Source: an uncultured cyanobacterium (GTDB lineage: Bacteria; Cyanobacteriota; Cyanobacteriia; Leptolyngbyales; Leptolyngbyaceae). From it: a stretch of 64,000 bases of DNA. Below are positions 55,078-64,000 of the stretch, piece after piece (the stretch's first letter is position 1; each line of letters begins with the position of its first letter). Made by a program: the position numbers and the translations under genes. The stretch covers positions 1 through 64,000 of the forward strand of contig CAVYAN010000017.1 of the NCBI GenBank assembly GCA_963766075.1. The letters run 5' to 3'. The notes under the pieces were generated by a model that searched no databases, was not told where the DNA came from, and worked only from the letters and a program-made list of their open reading frames with translations.

Positions 55078-56031
55078 TCATCTATGTTTGCTGGGGACAG
55101 CAGCATCGTTTGGGTCCTCTGGGCGATCGGGGTGCCACCCTGGGTGGTTGTCAAACCGTTGATGCAGGAATTCAACCAGTAATCGAACTTTAGTGGAGAG
55201 ATGGCGGTTCACGGGATAAATCGCAGAAATCGTCAGTTCTGGTGAATGATATGCGGGCAAAACCCGCTGCAATGTCCCTTGTTGTAATGCCTGTCCCACG
55301 ATAAACGTGGGCAGTAGGGTAATCCCTAATCCCCGAACCGCCGCATCCCTCAAGACTTCCCCATTGTTGGAACACAACACGCCCGTCACCGATAGAGTGT
55401 GCTCTTCATCCAGGCTCATGAATGTCCACTGGTCTTCAACGGCGAGTTGGCCATAGTGCAAACAGGAATGATGGTGCAGTTCATCTGGATGCGTGGGGAT
55501 GCCGTGCTGTTCGAGATAGCTGGGAGCCGCACACAACACCCGCTGAACTGTGGCTAACGAATGCACAATCCAACTTGCACTGTTCTGCGGTTTGGCAATA
55601 CGGATCGTGACATCAAAGCCTTCTTCGATCGGGTCAATGAAGCGATCGCTCAATGTCAACTGCACGCGGAGATCAGGATATTGCCCTAAAAAATCCGCCA
55701 GAGCAGGAGCCAGGTACAGGGTGCCAAAGGTCATGGGTGCATTCACTTTCAGCCTACCTCTCGGTTCTGCTTGGAGTTGGGTCAGCGATCGTTCTGCCTC
55801 CTCCAAACTTGCCAAAATCTCGATACACCGCTCATGAAAGGCTAGCCCCGCTTCCGTTGGAATCACCACCCGCGTACTGCGGTGCAAAAGCTGAACGCCT
55901 AAGTCATTTTCAAGCGCAATCACCAGCTTGTTGACCTGCAATCGGGACAATCCCATCTCCCGCGCGGCGGCGGCAAAGCCGCCAGAATTGACGACTTGAG
56001 TAAAGGCACGAATACTTTCAAACTTGTCCAT
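55078..56031 (-). CDS. LysR family regulator (CrgA/DmlR-like)
   Basis: N-terminal HTH, LLHRSTR, DPIEEGFDVTIR; divergent from pirin. Confidence 0.93.
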   Translation of the reverse strand: MDKFESIRAFTQVVNSGGFAAAAREMGLSRLQVNKLVIALENDLGVQLLHRSTRVVIPTEAGLAFHERCIEILASLEEAERSLTQLQAEPRGRLKVNAPMTFGTLYLAPALADFLGQYPDLRVQLTLSDRFIDPIEEGFDVTIRIAKPQNSASWIVHSLATVQRVLCAAPSYLEQHGIPTHPDELHHHSCLHYGQLAVEDQWTFMSLDEEHTLSVTGVLCSNNGEVLRDAAVRGLGITLLPTFIVGQALQQGTLQRVLPAYHSPELTISAIYPVNRHLSTKVRLLVEFLHQRFDNHPGWHPDRPEDPNDAAVPSKHR

Positions 56032-56039
56032 CGTTGGTT

Positions 56040-56062
56040 ATTGTAGATTTTTTAGAGACAAT
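56040..56062. promoter_or_regulatory. Candidate LysR operator
   Basis: ATTGT-N13-ACAAT inverted repeat between the divergent lysR and pirin genes. Confidence 0.45.
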
Positions 56063-56228
56063 CCGTATATAAAATAGTATATTGTCTTTTAATTGAATTC
56101 AATTCATAATAACGATGTGCCTAAAAAAAGGGAAAAAGGCAACCGAAAAATGGGACGCAGAAAAAGACGACCATCTTCTCGCCCTTAATCTCTATCCCTT
56201 CTCCCAAATTCCATCGGAGGTATCCCCT

Positions 56229-56933
56229 ATGATTACGATTCGACCGGCTCAAGACCGTGGCGCTGCAAACTTTGGTTGGCTTGATAGTCGTCACACCTTT
56301 TCGTTTGGCAACTACTATGATGCCAACCACATGGGCTTTGCCAATTTGCGGGTGATCAATGAGGATAAAGTCACTCCAGGTCAAGGCTTTGGCACTCACG
56401 GGCACCGCGATATGGAAATCATTTCCTATGTTTTGGCAGGTGCATTAGAACACAAGGACAGTATCGGTACGGGCTCTGTAATTCGTCCCGGCGATGTGCA
56501 GCGGATGTCTGCGGGCACGGGCATTCGGCACAGTGAATACAATGCCTCAAAAACCGAGCCAGTGCACTTTCTGCAAATCTGGATTTTGCCGGAGCAAGAA
56601 GGGATTGCACCCGGTTATGAGCAGAAAACATTCCCCGCAGAAGAGCAGCGTGGAACGTGGCGGTTAGTTGGCTCTCGGGATGGGCGGGATGGATCGATTA
56701 CGATCCATCAGGATGTGAACCTCTACGCGGCCACATTACACGAAGGAGATGTTGTCCGCCATGCCTTCGCCAATGGGCGAGTTGCTTGGTTGCAGGTGGC
56801 GCGGGGTGCCGTGCAGCTGAATGACCAAACGCTCACGGCTGGGGATGGCGCCGCCATTGTTCAAGAATCACAGATTACGGTGCAAGGGGCTGCCCACAAT
56901 GCAGAAGTTTTGCTGTTTGACATGGCGGCTTAG
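56229..56933 (+). CDS. Pirin family protein (YhhW-like)
   Basis: [36 protein letters not shown]. Confidence 0.94.
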   Translation: MITIRPAQDRGAANFGWLDSRHTFSFGNYYDANHMGFANLRVINEDKVTPGQGFGTHGHRDMEIISYVLAGALEHKDSIGTGSVIRPGDVQRMSAGTGIRHSEYNASKTEPVHFLQIWILPEQEGIAPGYEQKTFPAEEQRGTWRLVGSRDGRDGSITIHQDVNLYAATLHEGDVVRHAFANGRVAWLQVARGAVQLNDQTLTAGDGAAIVQESQITVQGAAHNAEVLLFDMAA

Positions 56934-57331
56934 TACAACGTGGCGCAAGCTTATCAACTACAGTGCTAGCACAGTGCGGGCATATTGCCTGCACTGTGAG
57001 CGTCGCGCTCGTATTACGAAAAGCCTAGTAAATTTACGCTGTGGCCTACTTGAGACGGCTACTTGACAGGAACAACTACTTGACATAGCTCCGCCATCCC
57101 CTTAAATTAAGTGCTTCACTCAATCCTAGTGGTTTGCGCTTCCTCAGAGTCATCCGTGCAGATAGTTCGGGAATAGGCCATTAACCTGTGTTGGAGGGTG
57201 GCAGGTTTTTGGTGCAGGTAGGGAAGTGATGATGGTGAATAGGCCAGTTGTGAGTGCCACCACGCGGCCCCAGTTGCAATCCTCCAGCCGGTGGGATGAC
57301 TAGAGAAAGCGTATTGAATCGTCATGACATT

Positions 57332-58531
57332 ATGGATTTGCTAGAGTATCAAGCAAAAGAATTATTTCGAGAAATGGGCATTCCGGTACTGCCCTCCCAA
57401 CGGATTAATAGCCCCAAGGATATTAAGGGATTGACGATTCCCTACCCGGTTGTGCTGAAGTCTCAGGTGTACATTGGCGGGCGTGGGCGCGTGGGCGGGG
57501 TTAAGTTTGTTGCGAATACCATTGATGCGATCGCCGCCGCCCAGGCAATTTTTCACCTGCCAATCATGGGGGAATATCCCCAGGTTCTGCTGGCCGAAGC
57601 AAAATACAACGCCGATCGCGAATTTTATCTGGCAGTGGTGCTTAACCGTTCTCTGCGTCGCCCCCTGCTCTTGGGTTCTCAGCAGGGCGGAGTCGATGTC
57701 CAGTCGGCCCGCGAGCAGATGCAGCATGTGATTGTCGATCAAGAGTTTTCGGCCTACTATGCCCGCCGGTTGGCGCTCAAAATGGGACTCCAGGGCGAAC
57801 TAATTGGAGCAGTCAGCGCGATCATTGAGCAGATGTATCACCTCTTCCTCGAAAAAGATTTGGACTTGGTGGAAATTAATCCCCTGGGGGTGAGCGCCAA
57901 CGGCGAAGTGATGGCGCTGGACGGCAAAGTCAGCGTCAACGATGAGGCGATCGCGCGCCATCCCGATCTCACAGAACTGCTGGCTGCCGGTCGCAGCAGT
58001 CCCCGGCAGTTTAGCGCCAGTCCCATGACCCTTGATCCGGATGGCCAAGTTAGTATTTTGTGCAATGGCATGGGCCTTACCTTGGCGACACTCGATTTGC
58101 TGTGCCAGGCCGGAGGCCGTCCGGCGGAAGTGATGAATATTGGGGCGGCCACCCACTGGGACTCCAGCGCCACGACTCTCTGCAATCAACTGATCCAGGC
58201 CCTCGATGTGATATTGCGATCGCCCCATCCCCGCGTGCTGCTGGTGAATATTGTCAGTGGGCTGATGGCCTGGGATGACATTGCCGAGGCCGTAACGGCA
58301 TGCCTGCGGCGGCACCGCCGTGCCCCCCATGGGAGTGATGCTACGGCAGAACTACTCCATGTGCGCAGTCCCCATCTGGTGATTCGCCTAGCGGCGGGGC
58401 CGCAATTCTCCGTTGCCAATCCCACCCATGTTCCCCTGCCAGACTCACGTATTCACATTGTGAATGATTTGGATGCCGCGATCGCCAAAGCCATTACCTT
58501 GTCTCACGTAGCCCCCGTTCCTAAAGGATAA
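57332..58531 (+). CDS. sucC: Succinate--CoA ligase beta subunit
   Basis: MDLLEYQAKELF, KSQV..GGRG, EINPL, ALDGK. Confidence 0.88.
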   Translation: MDLLEYQAKELFREMGIPVLPSQRINSPKDIKGLTIPYPVVLKSQVYIGGRGRVGGVKFVANTIDAIAAAQAIFHLPIMGEYPQVLLAEAKYNADREFYLAVVLNRSLRRPLLLGSQQGGVDVQSAREQMQHVIVDQEFSAYYARRLALKMGLQGELIGAVSAIIEQMYHLFLEKDLDLVEINPLGVSANGEVMALDGKVSVNDEAIARHPDLTELLAAGRSSPRQFSASPMTLDPDGQVSILCNGMGLTLATLDLLCQAGGRPAEVMNIGAATHWDSSATTLCNQLIQALDVILRSPHPRVLLVNIVSGLMAWDDIAEAVTACLRRHRRAPHGSDATAELLHVRSPHLVIRLAAGPQFSVANPTHVPLPDSRIHIVNDLDAAIAKAITLSHVAPVPKG

Positions 58532-58817
58532 GCCGGGAAGCCCACTTCCACTTTGCCCATTCCTACTTTTTAGGTGTTTTTCTGCTACTCTGTGTTCCTC
58601 ATTACCACGCGCGGCGTCATAAACCGCTAAAAAGGGGGAATCCTAAGGGAAAGCGTGTCGCATCGTGCGTCTCACTTTTACCTCCATCATCCCTTTTGTT
58701 ATGAGTACTGACTGCTATTCTAAAGACGGATCGCGGTTCTCGTTGTCCTCAAATTTAGTCACCCTGCCGCGCCCATCGGCTGCCAAGCCCCAGGGACGCA
58801 GGCGATTTAAACCTGGT

Positions 58818-59726
58818 ATGAACTTTAGCCCCAACAGTCGTGTTTTAATTCAAGGCATCACCACGCCTCTGGGAGCAACCTATGCGCCGCTGATGCAATC
58901 CTATGGCACCCAGGTGCTGGCGGGGGTCTGTTCGGGGGCGGGGGGCGATCGCATGGGTGATATTCCCGTCTTTGACCTGGTAGAAACCGCGATGTCGCAG
59001 GTCGGCCCCATTGATACCAGCGTGATTTTTGTGCAGCCCTATGCCGTTTTGGATGCTGCCTTAGAGGCGATCGCCGCCGGTATTCGCCAAATTGTCCTGA
59101 TTACCGAAGGGGTGCCTCCCCTGGATATGGTGACGCTGCTTCGCAAAGCAGAGGCCACGGAAACCCTGATCGTTGGGCCAAATACACCTGGTGTGATTGT
59201 GCCGGGGCAAGTACTGCTGGGCATCCATCCACCCCCCTTTTACACGCCGGGGCCCGTGGGCATCATCAGTCGCAATGGTACGTTAACCTACGAAATTGCC
59301 GCAGCACTGACCCAGGCTGGCTTGGGACAATCAATTTGTGTCAGCATTGGCGGCGATGCGATCGTGGGCTCATCCTTTGCCCAGTGGCTGCAAATCTTGG
59401 ATGAGGATGAGGCTACAGAAGTTATCGTTCTAGTAGGAGAAATTGGCGGAAACAGTGAAGAAGCAGCGGCACATTACATTGCTGAGGCGATCGACAAACC
59501 CGTGGTGGCTTACATTGCCGGACGCTATGCCCCCCAAGGCAGACAATTGGGACATGCCGGAGCCATTATTGATGCTCAAATCCTAGAGCTTGGGCCTGAC
59601 ATTGGCACCGCAGACAGCAAAATTAATGCTTTGCAGTGGTCTAATGTCCCGGTCGCCGATCGCCCATCCCAAGTACCCGATCTGGTCAGAAAGGCCCTGA
59701 AGCACCCTATAGAACAAACGGGCTAA
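58818..59726 (+). CDS. sucD: Succinate--CoA ligase alpha subunit
   Basis: ITEGVP, GPNTPG, GTLTYE, GEIGG, GHAGA phospho-His. Confidence 0.9.
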   Translation: MNFSPNSRVLIQGITTPLGATYAPLMQSYGTQVLAGVCSGAGGDRMGDIPVFDLVETAMSQVGPIDTSVIFVQPYAVLDAALEAIAAGIRQIVLITEGVPPLDMVTLLRKAEATETLIVGPNTPGVIVPGQVLLGIHPPPFYTPGPVGIISRNGTLTYEIAAALTQAGLGQSICVSIGGDAIVGSSFAQWLQILDEDEATEVIVLVGEIGGNSEEAAAHYIAEAIDKPVVAYIAGRYAPQGRQLGHAGAIIDAQILELGPDIGTADSKINALQWSNVPVADRPSQVPDLVRKALKHPIEQTG

Positions 59727-59966
59727 AGGGCGTTTTCAAAGATGCCTTTTTTCAAATACGTCCTTAAAGCGCGTTTCAGAATCAGCCTTACTTCTTGGAA
59801 TCAGCCCTAATTTAGCTAAACAGGGCCGATGAAAGTAGATCAATCCGTAAATACATCTGAGATCAATACGGTCAAGAACTAATGTGCCAACCGGCTAAGC
59901 CCAATCTACGCCTTGGCAAAATTAGCTGACTGGCCAAACGACCTAAACCTGACTGGCAAATCAAGC

Positions 59967-60194
59967 CTAACTGGCTAAATCAACTAATGCATTGCGATCA
60001 AATCGCACTGTTCGGGAAATCGCATTGCGAGAATGTTCTGACGTAGACACAGAAAGGGTAACAATGTCTTTACCGGGATCAAGAATGAGCTTCACCGTAC
60101 AAATCTGCATTTTGTTGTTGCAGTAAGCTAAGATGCGATTGCCAATCTGAATATCCACCGCTTGAATCTTCAATGAATACCTCAATGTCGTCAC
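59967..60194 (-). CDS. Small hypothetical protein (beta-rich)
   Basis: 75-aa ORF with GTG start; AVDIQIGNRIL pattern. Confidence 0.5.
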   Translation of the reverse strand: MTTLRYSLKIQAVDIQIGNRILAYCNNKMQICTVKLILDPGKDIVTLSVSTSEHSRNAISRTVRFDRNALVDLAS

Positions 60195-60355
60195 GAATGC
60201 CGTGACGAAAATTCGTTAATAGCTGAACTTAATTTAGCTAAGTATCTATACTCAGATGATAGCACGGAAGCTAGGGTGACTGGCGGTGGTAAATCTATGG
60301 CCTTTATTAAGATCTTGCTGGTTTGCTCGCGGCAAATGGGGGACATGTCGTGCCT

Positions 60356-61687
60356 TCACAGCAACCGCAGTTGCGTTTCATACACTTCCGGTTGCTCGCG
60401 CAGGCGTAGGGTAGCGGCGCGATCGCCGCCGTCCTCTTCAACCTCGACGGCCTTGCCCTCGGCCCACTCTATGGGGTGATCTGCCAGCAGGCCCTCTGCT
60501 GCCTGCACCATCTCCGTTGACCAAGGCTGCAAATCCTCTCGATTGCCCAGGTAAGCTTTCAATGCCTCCAAAGGCTCAATCCCCAGCCCCACTCCCAGTT
60601 CCGGCAGACGTGGGCGGGAAAGTTGGCTGACCAACTCGGCATGAATGGTATAGGAATGCGCACCGCTCAAAGCGGCGTGTAAGGCTCCGATATCGACCTG
60701 ATCCAACTGTTCTGAACGAATGCGATAAATTAATCGGACTACTGCATCATTGACTAAATCTGGATTCAGTTTTTTCAGGATTTTAACCTGAGGCTCTTTA
60801 GATTTTGATACGTCTACTTCCAGGGTGCGAAACGCTCGCACAGGCAGGGGACAAAATTCCACCTGGGCCAGCCCTTTCTGGAGCGCCACCATGACATAGC
60901 CCTTCTCCTCTTTTTCCTCACTGAAATCGACCCGTTCAATGCTGCCGGGATAGACAACGGGCGGTTGCTGCGACAAAATTTGGTGGCGATGCACATGCCC
61001 CAAGGCCACATAATCAAAGCAGTCTCGCGTCAAGAGGGTCAGCGGTACCGTGAACCCTTTGCCCACGGCCAGAAACCGTTCTGCCCCAAATCGCGCAGTG
61101 TCGGCCATCAAGTGCGCGAGCAAAATGGTGGGCAGGGCCGGATCTAACTGGCGGATTTCCCCTTCCAGCGCAATGCGCAGCTTGTCGCCCAAGAGTTGTC
61201 CCACTTCGCCCATGGATAGCCCTACGGCATCGGGACGGGTGAGCAGGGTGGAGCGCGTCAACCAGGGCAAGGTAATTACTTGCACGAGGCCACTGCGGGT
61301 AGTAATGCGATGGGTGGTCAACCGATCGCCCACGACAAATCCCGGCACCCCTAACGTGCGATAGATACACAGACTGGCTCCGCCCTGCCCCTGGGTATGT
61401 TGGTCGTGATTGCCCACCAGCAGCACGGTAGGAATGCCTGCATCCACCAAACGGCGAAACTGATTGGCAAAGGCTTCGGCCACGTAGGGCGGCGGTGTAG
61501 CATCAGGAAAGGCATCCCCCCCGAATAACACCAAGTCAACCGGTTCGGCGATCGCCCGATCGATGCAGCGCCCCAGGGTGGCCTCAAAATCCTCCAGTCG
61601 TGTATTCAAACCCGTGGCCGGATTAATCCGCCCATGGATAAAACCACTGCCCATGTGAATGTCTGAGAGATGGAGAATTTTGAGCAT
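60356..61687 (-). CDS. sbcD: Exonuclease SbcCD subunit D
   Basis: HLSDIH, GGDAF, GNHD, ALGHVH, YPGSIERVDFSE. Confidence 0.93.
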   Translation of the reverse strand: MLKILHLSDIHMGSGFIHGRINPATGLNTRLEDFEATLGRCIDRAIAEPVDLVLFGGDAFPDATPPPYVAEAFANQFRRLVDAGIPTVLLVGNHDQHTQGQGGASLCIYRTLGVPGFVVGDRLTTHRITTRSGLVQVITLPWLTRSTLLTRPDAVGLSMGEVGQLLGDKLRIALEGEIRQLDPALPTILLAHLMADTARFGAERFLAVGKGFTVPLTLLTRDCFDYVALGHVHRHQILSQQPPVVYPGSIERVDFSEEKEEKGYVMVALQKGLAQVEFCPLPVRAFRTLEVDVSKSKEPQVKILKKLNPDLVNDAVVRLIYRIRSEQLDQVDIGALHAALSGAHSYTIHAELVSQLSRPRLPELGVGLGIEPLEALKAYLGNREDLQPWSTEMVQAAEGLLADHPIEWAEGKAVEVEEDGGDRAATLRLREQPEVYETQLRLL

Positions 61688-61984
61688 AGGGGGAAGGGCC
61701 AAGCAGGGAGCCACGGAGAGAGGGCTAAAGGAAACAACGCACAAGAGCAATAAAGTTAAAAGCAACAAAGCTAAGAGCGACAGAGCAATTAGCGCGATCG
61801 CTGTTTCTTGATTGTCTATCCTTATCCTGTTCCTAAACGAGAAAAATTGCCCCCAGATCACCCCTCTTGGTTCAATCCTATTGAACGCCTATTTTATTTC
61901 TACTTAGCTCTGATCTATTTTGATCTTTTGATCGATTTAGCTTTGATCTACCTAGCGTTGACACAGGTGTCTGAAGAATCGTCA

Positions 61985-62611
61985 TCAGGTAAGGCCCTCT
62001 GCTCCAGCCCGATCTAAGGTCGCGGTTGTTGGCAAGACCGCACAGCGCTGAAACACCACCCGATAGAAATAGCCCGTCCAGTAGGTGACGTTAAACATCA
62101 CCATTAATCCCTGAAGCAGCCACTGATCAACCTGAGGCCACAGATAAATGGTCGCCCCTAGCACCAAGACCTTCTCCACCAAGGCCACCGTTTTGCCATG
62201 ATGCTGGGGATCCCAATAGGACAGAGGGCTAATGAAGCGATAGTTGCTAAAGGGTAGAAAATGGCGATGGGCATCATGATTATGGATCGGCAGATCCCCC
62301 AAGGCATGGAAAATCGCACTCAAAAACAAAAGTTCCGCCAAAGTCCAACCGGCCCAGTGGCACAGCAGCACACCGCCCAGATGGAACGGAATGGAATGAA
62401 AGCCGTGGTTGATCCGCTGCCAAAAGGGGATCCAGTACGTGTCTTCCCAGATTTGCTGCTCCGACTGCTGGCGAACTTGTTTCGCCCAAAAATACATCAC
62501 AAACATAGGCACATCGGGTAGCACCGCCCCACAAACAATCGGGGCAACAGCTTCAGGCTGAACCTGCATTAACAACGCCAGGTTCAAAATCGCGTGACTG
62601 GGTGTATTCAT
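61985..62611 (-). CDS. Putative metal-dependent membrane hydrolase
   Basis: MNTPSH, GAVLPD, FHS, H..GDLPIHNHDAHRHF. Confidence 0.7.
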   Translation of the reverse strand: MNTPSHAILNLALLMQVQPEAVAPIVCGAVLPDVPMFVMYFWAKQVRQQSEQQIWEDTYWIPFWQRINHGFHSIPFHLGGVLLCHWAGWTLAELLFLSAIFHALGDLPIHNHDAHRHFLPFSNYRFISPLSYWDPQHHGKTVALVEKVLVLGATIYLWPQVDQWLLQGLMVMFNVTYWTGYFYRVVFQRCAVLPTTATLDRAGAEGLT

Positions 62612-62788
62612 GCTGAAGATTTCCTAACGGGGTCTTTTCCGACTCTGCGTCTCTAAATCTAGGGTATGAGGGCGCGATCGCGTGTTATCTCCAACACCTG
62701 TAAGTGGACAGACGTCAAGTGGACAGACATCATGCTTGCCAGCAATGCCTTGGGCTTAGGCAGCAGTTGTAGACAGGCCATCCTCTTC

Positions 62789-62839
62789 CTAAGCTGATTG
62801 GGCAACTAGGCTGATTGGGCAACTAGGCTGATTGGGCAA
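62789..62839. repeat. 17-bp tandem repeat x3, last copy is the kinase 3' end
   Basis: CTA(A/G)GCTGATTGGGCAA at 62789, 62806, 62823. Confidence 0.9.
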
Positions 62840-64000
62840 AATAAGGCTCCGCGTTATCCACCGCCTCAGCAGGCAGCAAGCGCACGGACTGCCGGATGGG
62901 AAGTTTGATGATAAATGTGGTTCCGGCACCGAGCTGAGAACGGCAGAGGATCTTGCCGTGGTGTTTTTCCGTAATGACTTGATAACTGATGGCTAGCCCC
63001 ATCCCTGTCCCTGTGCCAATCGGTTTGGTGGTGAAAAAGGGATCAAAGATTTGGGATTGAATGGCCGTGGGGATACCCGCACCATTGTCTGCGATCGCAA
63101 TTTCAATCCAGTGGGCATCAATCACCGCAGTCGAGATTGTTAGTTGACTGGGATCGGCTTTCAGTTGGGCGGCGGAGTGTTTGGCATTGCGGCATTCCAG
63201 AGCATCCAAGGCGTTGACCAAAATATTCATCAACGCTTGATTAAGCTGCCCTGGAAAACATTCCACCCCAGGCAACTGAGCATAGGTCTTGACGACGGCG
63301 ATCGGCGGTTGGGGGGGTGGCGGCAGCAACCGATGTTGCAAAATCATCAGAGCGTTATCGATGCCGGGATGAATATCTACCCGCTTAAATTCGGCCTCAT
63401 CCATCCGCGAGAAGTTGCGAAGGGAGAGAACAATATCACAAATGCGCTGGGTCCCAGATTCCATCGAACTCAGCAACCGGGGCAAGTCTTGCTCTAAAAA
63501 CACGAAGTCACAGTCTGCTATTTCTGTGGCGATTTCAGGCACGGGGTGTGGATAGTGCTCTTGATAAAGTTGCATGAGGTGCAACAGGTGATGACTATAA
63601 TCCTTTAAGTAGGATAAATTACCGTGAATAAAGCTGACGGGATTGTTAATTTCATGGGCCACCCCAGCCACCAATCGTCCCAGACTGGACATTTTTTCGT
63701 TTTGGACAAGCTGCGCTTGGGTGCTCTGGAGTTCACGTAGGGTTAGCTCCAATTGTTCTTTCTGTTGGTGCAGGCTGGCGGTGCGCTCTTGGACCCGGTG
63801 CTCTAAGGTTTCGTTGATCTGTTTCAGGGCCGCCTGACGATTTTGTAAAATTTCAGTGGCCGCTTGGATGCGATCGGCCATTTGGTTAAACGCTTCTGCA
63901 ATTTCGGCTAACTCATCCGAGCCGTGGATCTGAGCGCGTTGGGCCATCTCTCCCTGGGCAAAGCGGTGACTGACCGTAACCAATTGGGCGGCGCGCCGTG
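62823..64000 (-). CDS. HAMP-domain sensor histidine kinase, 5' part outside the window
   Basis: DELAEIAEAFNQM, AHEINNP, NALDA, DNGAG, FFTTK, GTGMGL. Confidence 0.93.
   Translation of the reverse strand, partial: RRAAQLVTVSHRFAQGEMAQRAQIHGSDELAEIAEAFNQMADRIQAATEILQNRQAALKQINETLEHRVQERTASLHQQKEQLELTLRELQSTQAQLVQNEKMSSLGRLVAGVAHEINNPVSFIHGNLSYLKDYSHHLLHLMQLYQEHYPHPVPEIATEIADCDFVFLEQDLPRLLSSMESGTQRICDIVLSLRNFSRMDEAEFKRVDIHPGIDNALMILQHRLLPPPPQPPIAVVKTYAQLPGVECFPGQLNQALMNILVNALDALECRNAKHSAAQLKADPSQLTISTAVIDAHWIEIAIADNGAGIPTAIQSQIFDPFFTTKPIGTGTGMGLAISYQVITEKHHGKILCRSQLGAGTTFIIKLPIRQSVRLLPAEAVDNAEPYFAQSA

Noticed and set aside
61688..61861. Hydrophobic N-terminal extension of SbcD (similar extensions on PBP1A, tsaB, SDR, pirin, sucC, sucD)
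   Set aside because: Family-typical starts lie downstream; the extensions come from longest-ORF calling

Overview
The window is 64 kb of a cyanobacterial chromosome. Evidence: very frequent HIP1 octamer GCGATCGC plus cyanobacterial marker genes (psrp3/ycf65, ycf49, a group-2 sigma factor, csaB, a petC paralog). The left ~5.2 kb is one end of an integrative element at tRNA-Ala(GGC). It carries a P4-like tyrosine integrase, a fragmented primase-helicase-like gene interrupted by an ISAzo13-family IS, and two matching clusters of GGTGACGAT repeats that look like a replication origin; overall it resembles a phage satellite. The remainder is mostly core genes (miaE, dapB, cobH, nei, PBP1A, tyrS, glgB, mlaE, carB, sigD, tsaB, yebC, herA-like ATPase, xdhAB, sucCD, sbcD) with scattered accessory genes. 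Most notable observations: the satellite-like element and its origin/att architecture; a MOSC + alkyltransferase-like fusion; an 88-bp duplication bounded by HIP1 sites; repeated short tandem amplifications sitting on stop codons; a 31-aa membrane ORF below the ORF-track cutoff; and two candidate sRNAs. Several genes have single-base frameshifts that may be sequencing errors. No CRISPR array was found. All family assignments come from motif recognition by eye, not database searches.
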